Assembly: GCF_000372725.1 (NCBI RefSeq)
Contig: NW_005201298.1
Span: forward strand, 373,393 to 401,513
Direction: 5' to 3'
Length of the DNA stretch: 28,121 bases
DNA from: Emiliania huxleyi CCMP1516
Lineage: Eukaryota
The notes under the pieces: generated by a model
Database searches by the model: none
Seen by the model: only the letters and a program-made list of their open reading frames with translations
What the model was told of the DNA's origin: nothing
Made by a program: the position numbers and the translations under genes
Shown: positions 20,676-28,121 of the stretch, in pieces
Layout: each line of letters starts with the position of its first letter
Position numbering within the stretch: the first letter of the stretch is position 1

Positions 20676-23261
20676 ATGCCGCAAGAGGAGAGCGCAGCCG
20701 ACTCGTGCCTCCTCGAGGACAACCCCGAGTTCGCACTCGACGAACTCGGCGGCTGCCTGCTCGAGGACAACCCTGCGTTCGACGACGGCGGCGGCTGCTT
20801 GCTCGAGACCAATCCGGTGGAGGGCGACCTCGGCTGCTTGCTCGAGGACAACCCTGTGGGCTGCGAGGAGGCGGACGACGCGTGCGTGCTTGAGGAGAAC
20901 GGGCCGGCGTACTCCGAGTCTGACGCCGGCGAGGGCTACAGCAGCTCCGACTGCGACGACGAGAGAGAGATCCCGTTCAGCGCGGTGGCCCTGGAGGAGC
21001 TGGAGGCGGAGGAGCTGGAGGTCAAGCTGGCGCGGCGCGGGGACGAGCCGATGGGCCTCGTCCTCGACCCGGACAATGGCGTCGTTGCCGTCCGGCCCGG
21101 CACGCCCGCCGCGTCGTGCAGAGAGATCCTCGCGGGCGAGCCTCGGGAGGAGGGGGGAGGGAGGAGCGGAGGGGGAAGGGCGGCTCGCTGAGGCACCCGA
21201 CGGCGCGGATCTAGGCGACGAGCTCGTCGCCATCAACGGCCACGCCTGCACCGCCAGCGGCGGCGCGGCGGAGCTGCTCCGCTCGCTTCCGCAGCCGCGG
21301 CGCGGCCTGTACACGCTGCGGCTGAGGCGAGCCGTGGCGGCGGGCCGATCCGTGCCGGGCGGGGCGCAGGTGGAGGCGCAGCTGGCGGCGCAGCGCGCGG
21401 CGCTCGAGCCGCCGCCGTCGGACGGGCGCGGCGGCGGCGCGGGTGCACACAACCCGATGCCAGACATGGCCGAGTGCCGGCGCGAGGCGGAGAGAGGGGC
21501 GCTCGACGGGCAGGCGGGCGGCACACGCACCGAGCCAGCCCTGCAGCCGCCGCGCCGCGCCGCACTGCACCACACCACCTCTCACCACGCCCGATCGCTT
21601 CTCCCGTCCCGCCCGCAGACCGAGCGCCAGCTGCAGCGGCTGTGGAAGAACCAGGCCCGCCAGCCGCTCTCCAAGCGGCTCGCCACCGCGGAGATGATGC
21701 GCGCCGAGGGGAACGACCACTTCACGGCAGGCCGCTTCAAGAAGGGACGAGCTGTGAACAGCGTCTCTTCACACCCGAGCTGTGAACAGGCGGGCCGCTT
21801 CAAGGAGGCGCTCGACGAGTACGGCTATGCTCTCGCCATGTTCAAGTACGAGATTGCAAACGTGGCGCGCGACCAGGAGGCGGCGGAGCTGGGCGACCTC
21901 GGCCGCGGGCTCGGCTCGGAGGACTTGCGCAAGATCAACAAGGCGCGCGCGTGCCTTGCCTGCTCAACTAACCCTAACACCCAACCCAAACCCAAACCCA
22001 AACCCAAACCCAGACCCAAACCCCAACCCAAACCCAAACCCGAACCCGAACCCGAACCCGAACCCTAACAAGGCGCGCGTGCCGTGCCTGCTCAACTCCG
22101 CCGCCGCCAAGCTCAAGCTCGCCGCCGCCGCGGCGGGCGAGGAGGAGGCGCCGCCTGGCGCGCCGCCACCGACGCCGGGGCTCCAGCCGGTGGCGAGGGG
22201 CGACGCGTCCAAGGCGCACTTGGTCTCCGCCCTCGAGGACCTCTCCGAGACGCTCAAGAGCGGGCCGGCCGCGCAGGTGCGCGCAAAGGCGCACTTTCGG
22301 GCGGCGCAGGCGCACGCAGGCCTCGAGAACCTTCTAGGAACCTTCTAGGAACCTTCTAGGAACCTTCTAGGAACCTTCTAGGCGCACGCAGGCCTCGAGA
22401 ATTGGCGCGAGGCGTGGAGCGCGGCGAGCTTTGCGCAGCCACTGCAGCCTTCGCCTCGCCGCTGTGCCGCGGAGCCTTGCCGGGGCCCGTCTCCTAGGCG
22501 AGCCTGGCGCGGGAGCTGCAGCCCGGCTCGGCCGAGGTGAAGGAGGTGCAGCTCAAGGTGCAACGCGAGATGCGGCTGCTCCAGCGGTCCGAGCGAGAGA
22601 GCAAGCGGCAGGGAGCCTTCGGGACCGGCGCCGACCGCAGCCTCCTCCCTCCTTCCCTTGCTCGGACCTTCCCCCCCCCCACCGTCTCGGGAGCCTGCCT
22701 TGTACAGGCACCAACCGCAACCTGCTTGACCGCGACGAGAGGAAGGAGTTCCAGGCGCGGCTCGGCCTGGCGCAGAGGCTCTGTCCATGACACGTCCATG
22801 ACATGTCCGGGACACGTCCAGGCGCGGCTCGGCCTGGCGCAGAAGCTCCTCCCGGCGGCGGGCGGGGACGACGCGGCACGGCAGAGGCGGAACGAGGCGG
22901 AGGGGCTGGTCGAGAAGGCGGCGGCGTCGGGGTGGAGCCAGCTCTCGCCGGCGGAGCAAGCGGGCTTCGAGGAGTTGTGGCGCACCGCGCTCCCCTCCCT
23001 CCCGGCGCAGGAGGTGCGGCGCGGGCGAGAGGAGGGGCTCGTCAAGGCAGTGTGAACAGCGTCTCTTCACACCCCTTGCTGTGAATAGGTGCGGCGCGGG
23101 CGAGAGGAGGGGGCGCGGCCGCACACACAGCCCAGCCAGCCGATCTGGCCCGCGCCGCCGTCCCAGCCGCGCCCCCGCGCGGCGTAGGTGTTCCCGCCCC
23201 GAGACCAGGAACGCGTCTTTGGCGCAGACCCGCCGCTCGCGCTTCCTCCGCCCAGAAATGA
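20676..23261 (+). CDS. Multi-exon PDZ + TPR protein (FKBP/Cyp40-like TPR triad) with acidic CLLEDNP repeats at the N-terminus
   Basis: PMGLVL...VRPGTPA...ILAGDELVAING (PDZ, across intron 21136-21214); AEGNDHFTAGRFKEALDEY, CLLNSAAAKLKL and KAHFRAAQAHAGLENWREA (TPR); predicted introns 21514-21618, 21727-21789, 21943-22072, 22310-22381, 22424-22497, 22628-22707, 22755-22821 and 23014-23088 keep the frame; last exon uncertain. Confidence 0.8.
22327..22381. repeat. 11-bp tandem repeat GAACCTTCTAG x5, intronic
   Basis: Direct reading. Confidence 0.95.
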
Positions 23262-23501
23262 GCAATGACTCCTCAATGTTGATCATGAGTAGGCGCAAAC
23301 CTCCCCCTCGCGCTCACCGGCAGGCCTCTCGAAGGGCCGCTCGGTTGGCTCTCTCCGCCACAGCTCGAGCGCGCGCGCGGACTGGCGAGCGAGACGCTAC
23401 CCGAGATCTGCCCGAGATGTACCCGAGGTTGCCGCGAGATTCTCCGGGCGGACTGGCGAGCGAGACGCTACCCGAGAGATGCCCGAGAGCACGCGGGGCC
23501 C

Positions 23502-23611
23502 CTCTCTGGCTCCTTCCTCTCTCTGGCTCCTTCCTCTCTCTGGCTCCTTCCTCTCTCTGGCTCCTTCCTCTCTCTTGCTCCTTCCTCTCTCTGGCTCCTT
23601 CCTCTCTCTGG
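23502..23611. repeat. About 18-bp pyrimidine-rich tandem repeat CTCTCTGGCTCCTTCCT, about 5-6 copies
   Basis: Direct reading; probably intronic. Confidence 0.9.
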
Positions 23612-23686
23612 ACTTTTTCCTCCCCGGCCCGTCGAGAGCCGAGGGCCGTTCGCCACGTCGAGGCGGGGCGGTGTGGCCGCGCCTAG

Positions 23687-24506
23687 GCGACGGAGATCTT
23701 CCAGCGCGGCGCCGAGCAGCTCGACGGCGAGCAGCGCCGCTTCGCCGAGGGGACGGGGCTGCTCGCCCCCTCGGACGCGCGCAACCCGTGGCACTCTGCC
23801 CCGCTCGGCAGCGGTGGCGCCGTCCTCCTCCTGTGCCCGGCGCGGCAGCACCTCTGGCCGTTCCCGCCGCCGAGTCTGCGCGTCCAGGCCGCCACCCTCG
23901 GCGGCGAGATGGGCGCCGCCGCGCTGGCCGACGCGCGCGCGGGCGCGGCCCGCGCCGAGAGAGCCCCCTCCCGGACGTGCGCCGGACATGGCGTGAACGC
24001 GTACCGTAGGCGCCGCCGCGTCCGAGCTGGGCGCGGGCGACGTCGGCGTGCTCGCGTCGAACGTCGCGGCGTGGCGCGACGCGCTGGCGGCCGGCTGGGA
24101 GTGGGTCTGCGTCCTCGAGGACGACGCGGCGTACTCTGGCGGGGGCCCGCCCCTCCTCCTCGCTTCGCTGCTGCCGCTCGTGGCCGCCTCGGCCACCGCG
24201 GCGCAGCGCGATTGGTCGCTGCTCTCTCTCTCCCTCCCCGCGGGAGCCGATGGCCACCCGATCGACGGCACGGGCTGGCGCCGCGTCGCGCCGCCGCAGA
24301 CGGCGCTCGCGTGGGTGTACAAGGCGTCGCTGCTCCGCACGCTGCTCGACGCGCACGACAAGGGAGGGGTGGGGCGAATGCCGCTCGCGCGGTGGGTCTC
24401 GGAGGTGCTGGCGCAGCGCGGCTTGCTCGGACGCGTCCTCGCGCCTGCAGAGCCGCTCGTCGCCGCGCGCAAGGTGCCCTCGGTGCGGCAGGCGCAGGGA
24501 ACATAG
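23687..24506 (+). CDS. 3' exons of a glycosyltransferase family 25-like protein; 5' end unresolved
   Basis: ELGAGDVGVLASNVAAWRDALAAGWEWVCVLEDDA resembles the GT25 L..GE.GC..SH...W...ILEDD motif; stop at 24504-24506. Confidence 0.6.
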
Positions 24507-25009
24507 AGCGCGGGTGAGGGAAGTGCAAGTGCAAGCGGTGTTTTGCACGGCGCGCCCCACACACATGCACATAGCACGGCGCCGCGTCGTGGAGCAGAGC
24601 TCAGTCAGGGAACCTGCGCCATTGCTAAGCTCATTGTTTTTGCTTTAACAGCCCAAAATACTCGCGGCCAATGCTACCCCGCCTAAAAAGGGTGTGGATG
24701 CTGAGTTGACGGAAATCGGAGGCCACGCGACCCCCCCCCCCCTCCCCCTGGTCCTCTCCGCTCTCCCGCGGAGCTAGCCGTAAGGTGAGCGTCACGGTTA
24801 GTGCAGTGCTCGACGAGAGGAGGATCGCGGCTGGCAAGTGCCACCGGGCGAATTTCGCGCTTGCATGAACCGGGTGCACCGGAGCCCACCCAAGGGGGCC
24901 CGGGAAGTGCAACGCGCTGAGGCGGAGCTGACTTTGCTCGATTTTTAGCAAAACGGCCCCAGACCCTTGGGGACACCTCTCGGGTGGGCTCGGGTGCACC
25001 CGGAAACAC

Positions 25010-25248
25010 AGATAGATAGATAGATAGGAAGGCGAAACACAGTCCGACCAACGACTGGGACACCAACGCGGTATGGGTGGACGCAAGACGGGCGATGACG
25101 GTCACACAGGAGCGACCACACACAGAACCACAAGACACAGCGCCATAGGTAGGTAGGTAGAAAGGTGAAGAACATGTACATGTGTGAGTTTGTAGGTAGG
25201 TAGAAAGGTGAAGAACAGCCAGGCTCGGACTGGACACCAACGCGGTAT
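25010..25248 (-). repeat. Two repeat family B copies with (GATA)n/(GGTA)n tracts
   Basis: 25027-25107 matches 13900-13984 inverted; 25206-25248 matches 19136-19178. Confidence 0.85.
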
Positions 25249-25348
25249 CGTAGCACGCGCGCTTGGCGCTCACACCCTCGCCGCACGATGCAAATGGACA
25301 AATCAGAGCAGCAAAGACAGGCTGCCGCCTCAATTTGATGCTGCAAGA

Positions 25349-26092
25349 TAGGATCGGATCCTAATTTTAGGATCGGATCCTAATTAGGATCCGGATCGAT
25401 CGCCCCGCGCAGCGGCAAAAAGGCCCGCCGCAGGCGCTAAAAAGGCCCCGCGCAGCGGAAAAAGAAGCCCGCCGCAGGCGCGGGGGGTCCGGGGGGCAGC
25501 GCCCCCCGGCTTCATCCGACTGATACCGCAGCACACACAGCCACCCAAAAGCAGCCGAGACTTTGTGGCAAAGCAGAAGATCGCAACTGCGCCTAAACTA
25601 ATCAGAAAGCTCGCTGCCAAAGAACGGCCAAGCAAGCACCACTGCGTGGAACCAAAAGCGCGTGACTTTGTGTTCTTCAAGAGCAACACTACTGCGTGGA
25701 ACAAGGCTAGCGCCACAACTGCTCGCTGCCGCTTCTCTCTCGCCAATGATCGGTGCTAGAAGCGCAAGATCCGATCCTAACGTTAGGATCGGATCCTCGA
25801 ATTAGGATCGAATGAGAGACGAAGCTCGCGCAACTCAATCGAGCTCCAAAATGCACTACGCTGCCGCCTCACCTCCTGCTGGGCGCTCTTCTACTTCGCT
25901 GCCGCTCCTGTGTACTGAGCTGCCGCTCTGTGCGCTCGCTTTCGCCGCTCTCCTAAGGATCCGATCCTAGCTCGATAGATCCGATCCTCGTCCGTAGGAT
26001 CCGATCCTAGCTCGATAGATCGGATCCTAATTAAGAACAACGTTAGGATCCATTTCAGCCAAGTGATCCTAAGTGGATCCTAAGTGGATCCG
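25349..26092. repeat. Three clusters of palindromic TAGGATC(G/C)GATCCTA units (25349-25400, 25767-25810, 25955-26092)
   Basis: Direct reading; units occur in both orientations. Confidence 0.88.
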
Positions 26093-26181
26093 AGCTGAGA
26101 CTTCGCTGCCGCTCCTGTGGACTGAGCTGCCGCTCTTGTGTTGCTGGCTGCGATACTGCCGCTGCCGCTACTCTTACTCTA

Positions 26182-27010
26182 TATGGGCCATGGAGTTACC
26201 GAGTACACCTGTAGGATGATCTTCCGGCGTGTTTCTGGCCTTGGATTCGTGATTAGCACCCTAAATAATGCCGGGGACCGCCCTTACCCGGAGAATTCGG
26301 GAGGTCGAGAAATCGACCCCTCTGGCAGCTGGTACCCTTCACGCGAGAGTCCCGGACTCAGCCAACTCCCCAAACCCAGCTGGCATTTGACTTGCCAAAC
26401 GGCCCTCTCCGCTCACCCCCTGCGCGCCCCGGCCTGCGCCCGGCCCTATACGTGCGCGATGCCCAAACCGCCGCGCGCGCCGCCGGGTCGACCTTCCGCC
26501 TTCAGACGAGTGCGGGGCGCCGTCAACTCGGAGCAGCGCGGCGCTGGCATGCCCCCCGCAACGATCCTCGCGGAGGCGGTCGTGTAGCACCCGGAGAGGT
26601 CGCTCGAGGCCGTGTTCGAGGCGAGCATCGCACTTTGAGCGCGCTTTCGGCCCTGCTGTCTGCAATAGCTGCATGGCGCGGGGCAGTCTCTGGCACGATT
26701 GAGGCTGGCTGGGGCCAACTGGCCTGGCTCACAGGCGGCAGGCAGTGCTAGGGTGGCCTGGGCCGCCCTGCTAGGGTGTCGGGAGGCGTTGGATACCTCT
26801 CTGGTTGGAGTTCTTACGGGTCCCGGACCGGTCTGGAGTGCCTCCGGAGACCCGTTTGACACCTGCACAAGGCTGGTAGTGTACCACGACACATAATGAC
26901 CATGTATTTAGCTGCCCCGGCACTAGTAGCGATAGTGGGGTGCGTTTTGGTGTCAGAGAAAAGCGATCTTTGGGGGCTGGTGGTCGATTCCGCTAACTCC
27001 ATGGCCCATA
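26182..27010. mobile_element. About 830 bp non-autonomous TIR element (MITE-like)
   Basis: Perfect 17-bp inverted repeats TATGGGCCATGGAGTTA (26182-26198 / 26994-27010); interrupts a GCTGCCGCTACTCTTACT repeat; ACTCTA on both flanks. Confidence 0.7.
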
Positions 27011-27022
27011 GACTCTACTCTC

Positions 27023-27090
27023 GCTGCCGCTACTCCTACTTGACTCTGCTGCCGCTACTCTTACTTAACTCTGCTGCCGCTACTCTTACT
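27023..27090 (+). repeat. Telomere-adjacent 25-bp tandem repeat (CTCTGCTGCCGCTACTCTTACTTAA-like), about 3 copies
   Basis: Direct reading; related GCTGCCGCT units at 25860-26180. Confidence 0.85.
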
Positions 27091-27099
27091 CACCTCGCT

Positions 27100-27384
27100 G
27101 GGTTAGGGTTAGGGTTAGGGTTAGGGTTAGGGTTAGGGTTAGGGTTAGGGTTAGGGTTAGGGTTAGGGTTAGGGTTAGGGTTAGGGTTAGGGTTAGGGTT
27201 AGGGTTAGGGTTAGGGTTAGGGTTAGGGTTAGGGTTAGGGTTAGGGTTAGGGTTAGGGTTAGGGTTAGGGTTAGGGTTAGGGTTAGGGTTAGGGTTAGGG
27301 TTAGGGTTAGGGTTAGGGTTAGGGTTAGGGTTAGGGTTAGGGTTAGGGTTAGGGTTAGGGTTAGGGTTAGGGTTAGGGTTAGGG

Positions 27385-27425
<41 letters not shown>

Positions 27426-28121
27426 GGTTAGGGTTAGGGTTAGGGTTAGGGTTAGGGTTAGGGTTAGGGTTAGGGTTAGGGTTAGGGTTAGGGTTAGGGT
27501 TAGGGTTAGGGTTAGGGTTAGGGTTAGGGTTAGGGTTAGGGTTAGGGTTAGGGTTAGGGTTAGGGTTAGGGTTAGGGTTAGGGTTAGGGTTAGGGTTAGG
27601 GTTAGGGTTAGGGTTAGGGTTAGGGTTAGGGTTAGGGTTAGGGTTAGGGTTAGGGTTAGGGTTAGGGTTAGGGTTAGGGTTAGGGTTAGGGTTAGGGTTA
27701 GGGTTAGGGTTAGGGTTAGGGTTAGGGTTAGGGTTAGGGTTAGGGTTAGGGTTAGGGTTAGGGTTAGGGTTAGGGTTAGGGTTAGGGTTAGGGTTAGGGT
27801 TAGGGTTAGGGTTAGGGTTAGGGTTAGGGTTAGGGTTAGGGTTAGGGTTAGGGTTAGGGTTAGGGTTAGGGTTAGGGTTAGGGTTAGGGTTAGGGTTAGG
27901 GTTAGGGTTAGGGTTAGGGTTAGGGTTAGGGTTAGGGTTAGGGTTAGGGTTAGGGTTAGGGTTAGGGTTAGGGTTAGGGTTAGGGTTAGGGTTAGGGTTA
28001 GGGTTAGGGTTAGGGTTAGGGTTAGGGTTAGGGTTAGGGTTAGGGTTAGGGTTAGGGTTAGGGTTAGGGTTAGGGTTAGGGTTAGGGTTAGGGTTAGGGT
28101 TAGGCTTAGGGTTAGGGTTAG
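27100..28121 (+). repeat. Telomere (TTAGGG)n, about 170 units
   Basis: G-rich strand runs 5'->3' to the window end; single TTTAGGG (27403-27409) and TTAGGC (28100-28105) variants. Confidence 0.99.

Noticed and set aside
26138..26892. ORFs inside the TIR element as a transposase
   Set aside because: Short, with no DDE or other recognisable motif
27403..28105. TTTAGGG and TTAGGC variant telomere units
   Set aside because: Two isolated variants; indistinguishable from sequencing error or ordinary telomerase slips

Overview
Right end of a GC-rich eukaryotic chromosome: about 27.1 kb of subtelomere followed by about 1 kb of (TTAGGG)n. High GC, short repeat-filled introns with mostly GC donors and TTAGGG telomeres suggest a haptophyte such as Emiliania/Gephyrocapsa huxleyi (inference only). 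Supportable genes: a PARP-catalytic-domain gene and a RanBP2-like zinc-finger ORF, both running into copies of a repeated hairpin motif; a low-complexity two-exon gene; a long multi-exon STE20-like kinase with a probable PH domain; an intronless F-box-like/RCC1-repeat gene; two tandem broken tyrosine-recombinase-like genes; a multi-exon PDZ+TPR gene; and a GT25-like glycosyltransferase. The most unusual structures are: (1) a 0.5-4.1 kb mosaic of unrelated segments joined by five same-orientation copies of a hairpin motif ending GTGAACAGGGC; (2) the recombinase relics with an associated repeat family; (3) introns whose 5' end duplicates the start of the next exon and that are filled with simple or telomere-like repeats; and (4) a TIR-bounded element about 90 bp from the telomere. 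All exon models were read by eye and are unvalidated.
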